Shown here one piece after another: positions 47,350-57,106 of a stretch of 64,000 bases of DNA. A program made the translations under genes and the position numbers. Each line of letters starts with the position of its first letter. Within the stretch, counting starts at the first letter, position 1. The notes beneath the pieces are model-generated. The model was not told the origin of the DNA. It made no database searches and worked only from the letters and a program-made list of their open reading frames with translations. This DNA comes from Polyangiaceae bacterium (lineage in GTDB: Bacteria; Myxococcota_A; Polyangia; Polyangiales; Polyangiaceae): NCBI GenBank assembly GCA_050287085.1, contig JBNKBE010000006.1:74381-138380 (forward strand), written 5' to 3'.

Positions 47350-48651
47350 TCAAGAACGTCTTAAGGTTTCTAGCACGTCAAAGTAGTCTGGAAAGGTCTT
47401 GGACGTACAACCCGGATCTTCGATGACAATTCCCGGCTGCACCAATCCAAGCAAGGCGAAGGACATTGCCATGCGGTGATCGTCATACGTGTGAACCCGG
47501 CCCGACCGCGGGCGGCCCGGGTGAACCACATAGCCATCCGCCTCTTCGACCGCCTCGATGCCGAGCGCAGCCAACTCGCGCACGACGTTGCCAACGCGAT
47601 CGGTTTCCTTGTGGCGAATGAAGCCAATACCCGAGATCCGCGTCGGCCCCTCGGCAAAAGGGGCGACGACTGCGAGCGTCTGGGCTACGTCGGACAAGTC
47701 GGCCATGTTGACGTCCACTCCGCGCAGAGTGCCCGTGCCCTCAACCGTCGTCGATGTTTCGTCTTGGACTACGGACGCGCCCATCTGCTCTAGAATCCGA
47801 ACAAGACCGAGGTCGCCTTGACGGCTGCGGCTCCCCAGACCTTCCACACGAACCCGGCCGCCAGTGATCGCAGCGGCGGCAAAGAAGTAGGAAGCAGCGG
47901 AGGCGTCCGGTTCGACCGCATAGTCCGTACCGCGGTATCGCTGTCCCCCGACAACGCTGAACTCATCGTAGCCACGTGCTTGTACCTGCACCCCGAAGTC
48001 CGACATGATTTCCAGCGTAAGATCGATGTACGGCTTGGAAACGAGTTCACCCTCAACCGCAATCCGCACATCACTCTCGTACGCAGGGGCGGCGAGCAAC
48101 AAGCCGCTGATGAACTGTGAGCTCGCGTTGCCGGGAAGCGATACCCGAACGGCCGTGCGTGGACGCCCCCTGCCGGAGACCGTCAGCGGAAAGCAACCGG
48201 GCTCGCCATGCTCCTCAATGCTTACGCCGAGGCCCTTGAGAGCCGCAACAAGGTGCGCCATCGGTCGCTTGCGCATGCGCTCCGTCCCGTCCAAGCGGTA
48301 ACGCCCAGGCCCCGACCCCAGGGCAGCCGTGAGAAAACGCGCGGCGGTCCCTGCATTGCCCACGAAGAGCTCGGCGCTTACGTCGGCGAGAACTCCGCCG
48401 CCCCCGGCTACGGAAAAAGTGCGGCGCTCACTGTCGCTCACAACCTGAACCCCCAGTTGATTGAGCGCAGCAGCCATGTAGCGGGTGTCGTCGCTGAAGA
48501 GCGCGCCGCTCAGGGTGCTGTGGCCATCAGCGAGCCCCGCCGTCATCAGCGCTCGATTGGTATAGCTCTTTGATCCGGGAACGCGGACGCATGCCTCGGG
48601 ACGGTGGCTGAGGGGAACGATCTCGATGCTCTTGGCACTCTGCTCCGACAT
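47350..48651 (-). CDS. aroA: EPSP synthase
   Basis: PGSKSYTNR, GNAGTAARF, SSQFISGLL, RHKETDR, DHRMAM, KTFP. Confidence 0.96.
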   Translation of the reverse strand: MSEQSAKSIEIVPLSHRPEACVRVPGSKSYTNRALMTAGLADGHSTLSGALFSDDTRYMAAALNQLGVQVVSDSERRTFSVAGGGGVLADVSAELFVGNAGTAARFLTAALGSGPGRYRLDGTERMRKRPMAHLVAALKGLGVSIEEHGEPGCFPLTVSGRGRPRTAVRVSLPGNASSQFISGLLLAAPAYESDVRIAVEGELVSKPYIDLTLEIMSDFGVQVQARGYDEFSVVGGQRYRGTDYAVEPDASAASYFFAAAAITGGRVRVEGLGSRSRQGDLGLVRILEQMGASVVQDETSTTVEGTGTLRGVDVNMADLSDVAQTLAVVAPFAEGPTRISGIGFIRHKETDRVGNVVRELAALGIEAVEEADGYVVHPGRPRSGRVHTYDDHRMAMSFALLGLVQPGIVIEDPGCTSKTFPDYFDVLETLRRS

Positions 48652-48777
48652 GGGGGACGCTATATAGCAACCCGGGGGCCGAGCAGAAGCGCTATCCGGG
48701 GCTGCCTAACAGACGGAGGGCCGCAAACGAGGCGTGGTCGGGCCCCAGATCGGCGGAAGCGCCCCTTCTTCGGACCC

Positions 48778-49584
48778 TCAGTCCGAAAGCGCGTTCTTGA
48801 CGCAGATGTCACGCTGCCGATCGGGGCAGTCGATACGAACGTGGAAGTGGTCGTCGTGTAGGCTCGAATTTGAGGGCTGATGCAGGAACGCCGCCGCAGC
48901 CAGAAGCTGCTCGCGGCTCGCCTTGTTGCGACGCGCGTAGTCCAGCAGCCGCTTGCGAACGTGCTTGGCGACGAATACGTGCAAGATCCCCGCGCGTCGG
49001 TCTTTGAGCCAACTACGAACCAAGAACCAATTGCGCTCGTCGTCGAAGTACAATCCTGGGTGCCCGATCACTGAGCCGTCGCCATCGATCTTGACGAGAC
49101 GGTCGACGCTCACCTGCGTACCACTCTTGTTGCGCAGATAGAAGCCAACGTCTGCGTCGCGCCCGCTCTGATGGGAACGGTGCTTCGAAATGGGTCCGCC
49201 ATGTTTGTACGACAAGTCGCCGACCAGCATGACCGAATTCGGAGCAGCTTTGGCGATGTCGCCAGCACTGCGTCGCAGCATCAGCACCAATGCTGGATGG
49301 CCGTAGACGCGACCACGACTGCTCGACTTGACTCGCAGATAAGGCGTCTGATGCAGCTTCTTGCTGCGCACCTGATAGCCGTCATTGGGCGCGCCCACCG
49401 ACAGCGACATGAGAGCGTAAGGCGACTTCTCATACTTCGCGGGCAGAGGCTCCCGCTTGGGCTTCGCAAGACCCAGCGACGAATTCAACGTCAGGACCAC
49501 CCCGAGCGCAGCCCCCACAACCCAACCCAGGCCGAGGAGGCGGCGGAGCAGACTGTCGCCGCCGAGGGCACTTGCGCCACGCAT
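48778..49584 (-). CDS. MepA-like penicillin-insensitive murein endopeptidase; start uncertain
   Basis: YGHP, VGDLS..GG..HRSHQSGRDAD, HDDHFHVRI; N-terminal signal-like segment. Confidence 0.85.
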   Translation of the reverse strand: MRGASALGGDSLLRRLLGLGWVVGAALGVVLTLNSSLGLAKPKREPLPAKYEKSPYALMSLSVGAPNDGYQVRSKKLHQTPYLRVKSSSRGRVYGHPALVLMLRRSAGDIAKAAPNSVMLVGDLSYKHGGPISKHRSHQSGRDADVGFYLRNKSGTQVSVDRLVKIDGDGSVIGHPGLYFDDERNWFLVRSWLKDRRAGILHVFVAKHVRKRLLDYARRNKASREQLLAAAAFLHQPSNSSLHDDHFHVRIDCPDRQRDICVKNALSD

Positions 49585-49861
49585 GCCCCAGATACGCGGA
49601 GGCCTGGAGGATCTTCCCGGTCGCATGGGCAATGACGCGCGGCACTCGGCCCAAGCCCGCTCCCCGTCCCTCTTGCGCCCCAAGCACTTGACCGGGCAGC
49701 CAATAGCCCTCAGCCAGCGGCCGCAACGGCTGATGGGAGCGCGCGACCGATGCAAGACGAGACTGCGTTGAATTACTGCGCAGCTAGGAGCAATCAAATC
49801 GATTCGAAACCCTCTTGCGCTCCGAGGACCGCTGCATCCCCGAGAGCCACAACTCGATTCG

Positions 49862-49945
49862 TGCGAAGAAGAGGACTCGAACCTCCACGCCCTTTCGGGC
49901 ACTAGAACCTGAATCTAGCGCGTCTGCCAATTCCGCCACCTTCGC
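49862..49945 (-). tRNA. tRNA-Leu (anticodon CAG); CCA not encoded
   Basis: GCGAAGG/TCTTCGC acceptor stem, GGAATTGGCAGAC D arm, CTAGA-TTCAGGT-TCTAG anticodon arm, long variable arm, GTTCGAGTC T loop. Confidence 0.97.
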
Positions 49946-49954
49946 AAGTGGTGT

Positions 49955-49983
49955 ATTTTCGAGCTGACCCGTCGCTTTGCCAA
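49955..49983 (-). promoter_or_regulatory. Possible sigma70-type promoter of the tRNA
   Basis: Minus strand TTGGCA-17 bp-GAAAAT, 9 nt before the tRNA 5' end. Confidence 0.45.
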
Positions 49984-50239
49984 GGGCTACCGCCCTTGCC
50001 CAGCCACGAGGGAAGAGCGGTCTATTCGCTCGCTCCGTGAATCGCAAGAGAATTTGCACGACTGCTCACTTGGCCACCGGAAAGCGCTAGCCCGTACCAG
50101 CCAAGGACCCTCCCGCGAATCCCGGGCCTCCGGGCCAAAAGGCGACCCACGAGGCCTGCCCGCACATCCGGTCGTCGGGGCCGTAATGGCAGGGCGTCAG
50201 CGTGGCCATCTTCCTCGCATGCTGTCACCCTTGCTGTCC

Positions 50240-51100
50240 ATGTCGCTGCCGCGCCCGCCCGAAGTCCTCGACGAACGCTACCGCCTCCTCGAAACGATAG
50301 GCTCCGGGGCTCACGGCGTTGTGTTTCGCGCGCTCGACCTCGACACGGATCAGGAAGTCGCCATCAAGTTCCTGAGCGACAAGCTGGACGATCACTCCAC
50401 CTTCGTGGAGCGCTTGCGCCGCGAAGCGCTGGCCATGGCCGAACTCAAGGGCACCGCCGCCGTGAAGATCTTTGCCCTCAATCAGGAGGGCGGACGCGTG
50501 TATCTCGTGATGGAGTACCTGCGCGGGATGGACTTGGCCAGCTACCTGAAGCAGGGCGAGGCTCGCGGCGGGCAGTTCAAGAGCGACTATCTGTTGCACT
50601 TCCTGCAGCCGATAGTCGAGACGCTGCAGGTGGCGCACGACAAGGGCATCGTCCATCGCGATCTGAAGCCGAGCAACATCTTCAAACTCGACAAGGCTCT
50701 GGGCGGAGGGGTACGCCTTCTCGACTTCGGATTGGTCAAGATGCTCGATCGCTCCCAGATCACGCGACAGGGACAGGTCGCAGGCACGCCTAGCTATATC
50801 GCGCCGGAAGCCTGGCGCGGGCGGCCCGAAACGCTCGACCACCGCGTGGACATCTACTCGCTTGGGGTGTTGGTATTCCGCTGCCTTGGCGGAAGAGTGC
50901 CTCACGAATATCAGGGGATCGCGGACATTCTGAACTGGGCACTCACGGGTGAACGCCCTGGCCTCAGCACCGTGCGACCCGATCTCCCTCGGGCTGTCGA
51001 TCCCTGGACCCTCAAGTCGCTAGCTATCGATCCGGCGAAGCGCTTTCAATCCGTCACCGAGCAGTGGGCTGCCTTACGGGCGGCGCTCGATTGCGAGTGA
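50240..51100 (+). CDS. Hanks-type Ser/Thr protein kinase, catalytic domain only
   Basis: IGSGAHGVV, VAIK, HRDLKPSN, DFG, GTPSYIAPE, DIYSLG. Confidence 0.93.
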   Translation: MSLPRPPEVLDERYRLLETIGSGAHGVVFRALDLDTDQEVAIKFLSDKLDDHSTFVERLRREALAMAELKGTAAVKIFALNQEGGRVYLVMEYLRGMDLASYLKQGEARGGQFKSDYLLHFLQPIVETLQVAHDKGIVHRDLKPSNIFKLDKALGGGVRLLDFGLVKMLDRSQITRQGQVAGTPSYIAPEAWRGRPETLDHRVDIYSLGVLVFRCLGGRVPHEYQGIADILNWALTGERPGLSTVRPDLPRAVDPWTLKSLAIDPAKRFQSVTEQWAALRAALDCE

Positions 51101-51132
51101 AGCGCCGCCCGGAGTGTGCATTGGGCTCTAAG

Positions 51133-54100
51133 TCACTGGCCCAGGTGTCTGGTCAGTTCCGTGACCTTGTCACCAAAGGCAAAAGCCATGACGGCACGTA
51201 GAACGCCCGCGGGCGTTTCTGCTCCGCGGGCTCGCCCCAAGACGAGAGCCCAGTCCTCGGTCGCAACGGCGCTCAGCCGCAGGGCGCTCGCTTGCACCGA
51301 CTCGAGCCACCCCGCCAAATCCGTCCCGAGTATCGCACGCCCCGCTGCATCCAGTCGGCTGCCAGAGAACCAGGGCATCGCCTTCTGAAGACGGCGGTAA
51401 GCAACCTCCGGCTCCAGACGCTCGTGGAAGCCAGGTTCAAAGTCCTTCTCGAAGGAACGCCCAACGCCAACGATGATCTCGCTAAGAGCACTCCGACCGA
51501 GTGCATCCAGCGGGGCCAAACCGCGTGCCGCATTGAACATGGGAGCGATCAACGCGCACGCCTGCTCACGTTCTGAGGCCTGCGACAAGCGTCGGTGGAT
51601 GAACAGAGCGATCGGCTCCCCCAAGCCAACGATCACCTCGCTCTTGTCCAAGTGTTCGTGAATGTAGAGCTCGAAGGCGCTAAGCCCAACCCACGACGCA
51701 ACCCGAGTGGCAAGCCGACGCAAGCCTTCCTGCGCGCCTACGCGCTCCGCGCGGCTAAGGCCAAGCGTTTCGAACGGCGCGGGATAGAGTTTTGCCAATG
51801 CCGGCTCGACCGCCTGCACAAAGCTACTGAATGGACCGCTGACCGGCTGCTCCGTCTCCAGAAGGGCCACCCACTCGGCGATGAGCTGTGGGCCATTGAT
51901 GCGCGGTTGCCCACACCCCGCGCGATAGCGCCGCACTTCGTCGGGTGTGGCCTGACCGAGCGCCACTGGCCAACTCAAGGCCCGCCGTGCGCTCTCTACC
52001 GCACCTTGACGCTCACAACACCCTGCCAGACAGCGCCAGTACTCCGCCCGAGACGGGTTGCGTAGCGAAAGCTGAAGATAGAGCTCCGCTGCCTGGGCTA
52101 GCGATCCCATCGCTTCTAGCTTGGTCGCAATCTCCAACTGCAGCGCGTCATCTTCAGGCTGCGCCTTGAGCGCTCTCCCCAAGCTCTTGAGGCCCGCTTG
52201 ACGCTGCTCCAAGTGTTCAAATTGAACGCGCCCGATGGCGATCCAAGCCTTGGACCGTGCGGCATCGCCCGCGGTGGTCCGTTGAACGTGCTTCTCGAGG
52301 GCGGCGCAATACGCAGCCCATCCGTCAGTACCCCCCGTGCGCCGGAGAAAGTCAGCCAGCTCCTCCGCTGCACCCTCGCTAAAGCCGAGAATACAAACCG
52401 CTTCTGAGTAGGCGTCCAGGGCCTCCTGAAAATGTCCCTGATGGGCCTCGATACGCGCCGTCTGCAAGATGGCCACGGCCTTTTCTTCACTGGTTGCCGC
52501 CAACTCTGCCAGCTGTTGGGCCGTGCCGGCCGCGTCTGCAACCTCCTCCCGTGCTAACTGGATCCGAAGCAGGACGGCGAGCGCCTCACGATTGTCGGGA
52601 GCTAGTCGCAGCGCAGCCCGGATATGGCTTTCGGCAGGCGCAGGCTTGTCCAGGCGATCTGTCTGAACCACGGCGAGGCGAACGAGCGCTTCCAGTCGCA
52701 ACGCGTCGGTGGGGCGTCGCTGGAGAAGCTCCTGCCATTGCGACGCGCTGTCCTTGTAGCGGCCCGTCGCCTCGTAGAGTTGTGCCAGAAAGCGCCGAGC
52801 TTCGACGCGGTCCGGCTCTTCGCGCACGACGCGTAGAGCCGCGGCTATCGCTGCCCCCGTGTCTCCCGTACGTTCCTTGTGAAGCGTCGCGACCTTCATC
52901 CACATCTCGCAACGCGCTCCGCTGGCTGTGGCGGAAACGGCGGCACGCGACATGGCGTCCAGCAGAAATCCATCTGAAGACGGGTCCCCCGGCGGATGCA
53001 ACACCAGCAGCCCGTCTGCCGCTTCCAGGTTGGTCGGATCGAGCTCGAGCGCTTCAGCAAACCACTTCGACGCGCCAACGCGCTCCCCGCCCGACGCAAG
53101 CTCTCGAGCCGCCAGGACATAGAGCCGCGCCGCTTCCTTGGGCGAGTGCAACAGCTTCTGCTCATTTGCGGCAGCGACTAGCAAGAGCTGAACATCACGA
53201 CGAGCCGCTGCCAGGCGCGAGATGCCACGAGCCGCCGCAAGGTTATCTCCCTCACCGCGAAGCGCCGCCTGGTACAAGGCTAGGGCCAGGTCGACTTCCT
53301 GCTGAGCTTCCAGCAGTTCCCCCAGGCGCGTTTGGTGTAGTGCGGTGGTCGCCGGGTCGAAGGCCGCCTCCGACAGCCGCACTTCTACCTGACGGAGCAG
53401 CTCTGGTTCGCCGTCGCTGAGCGCCAAGCGCTCGAGCGACCACAACGTCGCAATGTCGTCGGGTTCCAAGTCGAGCATCGCCTGACAGACCCGGATCAGC
53501 TCACTCGCTTGGGTCTTGGGCTCGTCCTCGGTCAGCACCAGCCAACTGCGATAGGCGCTCATGCGCAGACCTGGCTCGGTCAACTGTTCCGCTTGCCGCC
53601 GATACACATCCGCCAGGCGTTCCTTGTCGCCCACTTGAATCAGCAGGCGTTCCAGGGCCAGCCAACTGGCCACGTCCCCGCGCTCGACCGCGGTACGCTC
53701 AAAAAGCGCAAGGGCTGTCGTTAGCTGCTTCTGATGATCTCGCAACAACTCCCCCTGCCGATACAGCAGCTCCGTGCGTGCGTCCGGCAAAGCTGCCGCT
53801 TCTGTCTGCTCCGCCAGGTGCTGGGCGAGCGCCTTGTAGTCCTTGCTCTTCTCGAGCAAGCGCTGCACGCCGGCCGAGGCTGGCCTGAGCGCTGGCAATA
53901 GCGCGAGGGCCTTGCTGTAGCAGGCGATAGCGCGGTCGACATCGTCCAATTGTGCCTCGTGGATCTGTCCGGCCTCCAGCCAATGCTGCGCCCCAACCTC
54001 GGGGGCCAAGTGCCTAGCGGCACATCTCTCGAGAACCTGACACAGCTCCTTGTAGCCCTTGGTCTTGGTGAGCACCCTACCAAGAGCCGCAAATATCTCG

Positions 54101-56931
54101 GTGTCTCCGGGTGCGGCCTGGCCCGCCTGGCGATAGAAGGGCAGCGCCGCTTCGGGTCGTTCGAGCTCCAGCTCAAGCGTTTCACCAATGCGCAAGAGCA
54201 GACTGGCGCGCTGCTGCTCGTCCCGCTCGATTGCCAGCAGCTTTCGATAAGCTGAAACCAGCCGCGTCGCGTCTCGTTCGAGCGCGCAAATCCGAACCAG
54301 ACTTTCGAGCGCGGGCCGATACGCCGGATGCTCTTCCGTCAGCGCCTCCAGCATGTCGGCCGCCCGCGCGGACTCTCCGAGGTAGTCTGCTGCGACCTCA
54401 GAAGCGCGATGCAACAATCCGAGCTGACGCGGTGTTCCCACGAAGAGTGCAGCCTCAGCCTCCAGGGCTTGCAGCCAAAGCGCGTATTCTCCTGCGCGTT
54501 CGGCGGTTCTTTGCACGGACACCAAAGCTTCCAGATGCGTCGGGGTAAACGCGACCAGACGCTGGTAGGTGCGCAAGGCGCGGGCAGGAGCCAGCAACGT
54601 ATCTTCCTCGATGCGACCGATGCGAAATAGCGTAGCTACTCGCTCTTCCGGGGCCATTTCGCGTTCAAGTCGACGTTCCAACAGCTCTATCAGTGCGTGC
54701 CAATCCTGTTCCGACGCGTACAGTCGACACAGGGCTGCGTAGGCGCCGACGTGATCCGGATCCGCGGACAGCGCCTGTCGATAGTTGGCCAGGGCGTGCG
54801 AAATCGCCCCCAGATGACGTTCACATACCTCACCCACTCGAAACAGCAAGCGCGGCCGTTCATCGTCGCCCGCCAACCGAACTGTGGCAGCGAGCAACTC
54901 GGCAAGCGAATGCCACTGCCCCTGAGCGGCATACAGGCGTTCGAGAGCTCGCGTCGATGGCGTATGCCCCCCTTCGCTGAGAGCCGCCTCCCGATAGTGG
55001 GCTATCGCCTCCTCGTAGCGTCCTAGGCGCTCCTCGTAGAGTCGTGCAAGCCGGTAGCGCTCCGTTGCACGGGGCATTGGCTCTAACGCCAAGCGCTGTT
55101 CCAAGGTTTGGGCAAGCTCCGAGTAGCGTCCCTGCGCCTCGTAGGCACGCGTCAGGTGCTCCAAGAGTAGGAGATCGTCGGGGGCAAGCTCCTTCGCTCG
55201 CTGCAAGGTCGCGAGCGCTGCGTCGGGCAGTGCCAACCGTTCCATCTGGACCTGAGCGATACCGAGCAGGGTCTGAGCACGCTCACCGGCTTCCGTCGCA
55301 AGAGCGGCCTCCTGCTCCATGACGACAACCCACTCACTGAAGCGCCCTGACTCGAAGAGCAGCTGCTGCAAGGAACTCCGCACGCCTGCGGTGGTCGGGT
55401 CACACGCCAACGCCTGCTTGTACGCCTCAATGGCACGCGGCACGTCTTTGCAGCGCAGCGCTAGAACTCGGCCTTGATGGGCGAGATAAGCAGCCCGCGC
55501 AGCCGGCTCGCCGTCAAGCGCCGCAGCGATACCGCCCAAGGTCGTCGCCAGCGCTTCCCAATCGAGGGCTTCTTCGTGCGCCCTGGCAAGCAGCTTCAGA
55601 ACTGGAAGCGCGTGCGGCGTCAGCTCGGCTGCCTGCGACAGGATGCCGCGGGCTTCCGGACGTCGATCGAGGCGCTCGCCAAGCACTCGCGCTCGCTCGA
55701 TACATATCGCGGCCCGGTGTTTCGGTCGCGTTTGAAGCTGCGTCTCGCGCTCAAGAAGTCTGGCTGCCGTCGGCAGACGCCCCAAAGCCAGCTCCACCCG
55801 GCGCGCACCGCGCAGCGCCAACACGGCGTCCGGGGCCAGCTTCAAGGCACTCTCATAGCTCTTCGCCGCGGCTTGCCAATCCTTCAACCGCTCCTCTTGA
55901 AGGCGACCCAACTCAAAATACAAACGAGCGGCGCGAGCCCCCTCCGGCTTGCGTCGAAGCTCCGCTTCGATCAACGCGATGAGCTCCCAGGACGGCGGTC
56001 CCAAACGGGCATCCAATGCCGCCCGATCCAAGGGCTGGGGCGCGCCCTGCGCGGGCCGGCGGCCCCGAGTTCCATCCGCAGCGAGGGGCGGCGAGCTGAC
56101 TCCAGCCGGGGCTCCCGCCACCGGGACGACTGCAAGCGCCTCGGCGTTTCGCTCGCCTGCCCGATCTCGGGTATCGGCGTGACGCGGAGGCGGCGGCAGC
56201 CCACCCGCGGGGAGCTCAAGGTCAGCACTCGACAACTCCTGGGTCATGTCGACCTTCGAGGGCGCTTTCATCCGGGGAGGTGGAAGCCCCCGCGACGCCA
56301 CCTCACCATCACAAGCGGCCGCGCGTGAACGCCGCGCGCCGGGCGGCGCTGGCGAAACCCGGGGCGGCGGCGAGACGTGGGGCGCGCGCGGCGAAACTTG
56401 CGGCGGCCGCGGCGAAACCTGAGCTGGCGGCGGTGGGGGCGTCAGCCCGAGCGCGCCCGCTGGGCGCGGGGGCGGGGGCGGCGCGACCTTAGGGCGCCCC
56501 CCCCCTTCCGGTGGAGTCCTTGGTGCTGGCTGAAGCCGGGCGATGCTCGGGGCGGGAGGAGGCCTGGGTGCCGTCCGCGCCGCGGATGACAAGCCGGCGG
56601 GGGCCTGGCCGTCGAGTGCTTCGATCTCGGAACCCTCGACAATTGCAGTCTGGTCCGTTGCCCCCTCCGAAGTCGCTGTCGGCTCACTCGCGAGGGCCGC
56701 CGGGCGAGGCACACGCATCGAAGGCGAACGAGTTGTAGCTCCCTCCGCCTTGCGCGCCGGCTCCCCCACGAGCATCGCGGCGGCCTCCGTCCCATCGCGC
56801 TCCAACGGCGCCCCTTCCGCTTGCAACTGCGATGGCTCACCCAACTGCGATGGCTCACCCCCGCCGAGCTCGGGTGGCCTCCTGCTTTGAACGCGCCGCT
56901 GCTGCGCTCGCGGACTTTTCTTCTTCGCCAT
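51133..56931 (-). CDS. Giant TPR-repeat protein (~1930 aa) with Pro-rich N-terminus
   Basis: Many A..Y..AL..P helical repeats; probable start MAKKKSP at 56931. Confidence 0.88.
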   Translation of the reverse strand: MAKKKSPRAQQRRVQSRRPPELGGGEPSQLGEPSQLQAEGAPLERDGTEAAAMLVGEPARKAEGATTRSPSMRVPRPAALASEPTATSEGATDQTAIVEGSEIEALDGQAPAGLSSAARTAPRPPPAPSIARLQPAPRTPPEGGGRPKVAPPPPPRPAGALGLTPPPPPAQVSPRPPQVSPRAPHVSPPPRVSPAPPGARRSRAAACDGEVASRGLPPPRMKAPSKVDMTQELSSADLELPAGGLPPPPRHADTRDRAGERNAEALAVVPVAGAPAGVSSPPLAADGTRGRRPAQGAPQPLDRAALDARLGPPSWELIALIEAELRRKPEGARAARLYFELGRLQEERLKDWQAAAKSYESALKLAPDAVLALRGARRVELALGRLPTAARLLERETQLQTRPKHRAAICIERARVLGERLDRRPEARGILSQAAELTPHALPVLKLLARAHEEALDWEALATTLGGIAAALDGEPAARAAYLAHQGRVLALRCKDVPRAIEAYKQALACDPTTAGVRSSLQQLLFESGRFSEWVVVMEQEAALATEAGERAQTLLGIAQVQMERLALPDAALATLQRAKELAPDDLLLLEHLTRAYEAQGRYSELAQTLEQRLALEPMPRATERYRLARLYEERLGRYEEAIAHYREAALSEGGHTPSTRALERLYAAQGQWHSLAELLAATVRLAGDDERPRLLFRVGEVCERHLGAISHALANYRQALSADPDHVGAYAALCRLYASEQDWHALIELLERRLEREMAPEERVATLFRIGRIEEDTLLAPARALRTYQRLVAFTPTHLEALVSVQRTAERAGEYALWLQALEAEAALFVGTPRQLGLLHRASEVAADYLGESARAADMLEALTEEHPAYRPALESLVRICALERDATRLVSAYRKLLAIERDEQQRASLLLRIGETLELELERPEAALPFYRQAGQAAPGDTEIFAALGRVLTKTKGYKELCQVLERCAARHLAPEVGAQHWLEAGQIHEAQLDDVDRAIACYSKALALLPALRPASAGVQRLLEKSKDYKALAQHLAEQTEAAALPDARTELLYRQGELLRDHQKQLTTALALFERTAVERGDVASWLALERLLIQVGDKERLADVYRRQAEQLTEPGLRMSAYRSWLVLTEDEPKTQASELIRVCQAMLDLEPDDIATLWSLERLALSDGEPELLRQVEVRLSEAAFDPATTALHQTRLGELLEAQQEVDLALALYQAALRGEGDNLAAARGISRLAAARRDVQLLLVAAANEQKLLHSPKEAARLYVLAARELASGGERVGASKWFAEALELDPTNLEAADGLLVLHPPGDPSSDGFLLDAMSRAAVSATASGARCEMWMKVATLHKERTGDTGAAIAAALRVVREEPDRVEARRFLAQLYEATGRYKDSASQWQELLQRRPTDALRLEALVRLAVVQTDRLDKPAPAESHIRAALRLAPDNREALAVLLRIQLAREEVADAAGTAQQLAELAATSEEKAVAILQTARIEAHQGHFQEALDAYSEAVCILGFSEGAAEELADFLRRTGGTDGWAAYCAALEKHVQRTTAGDAARSKAWIAIGRVQFEHLEQRQAGLKSLGRALKAQPEDDALQLEIATKLEAMGSLAQAAELYLQLSLRNPSRAEYWRCLAGCCERQGAVESARRALSWPVALGQATPDEVRRYRAGCGQPRINGPQLIAEWVALLETEQPVSGPFSSFVQAVEPALAKLYPAPFETLGLSRAERVGAQEGLRRLATRVASWVGLSAFELYIHEHLDKSEVIVGLGEPIALFIHRRLSQASEREQACALIAPMFNAARGLAPLDALGRSALSEIIVGVGRSFEKDFEPGFHERLEPEVAYRRLQKAMPWFSGSRLDAAGRAILGTDLAGWLESVQASALRLSAVATEDWALVLGRARGAETPAGVLRAVMAFAFGDKVTELTRHLGQ

Positions 56932-57106
56932 TGTCAACCAGGTTAGAACAGAGCGTTCCCCGAAAGCGGGGAACATGCATTTCGAAGTGATACGCCGTGA
57001 CGTTCTGAACGGTTCCAGCCGCCCCAAGCGGCCGCAACCCTCGTTTGTCCCACGCGCCGCTTTTGCCATGCGGCGGCCCCGCATGGGTATGCTATTACCG
57101 CGCCCC

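Noticed and set aside
49862..49945. tRNA-Leu as a genomic-island attachment site
   Set aside because: No integrase and no duplicated tRNA 3' end seen; flanks look like core genes
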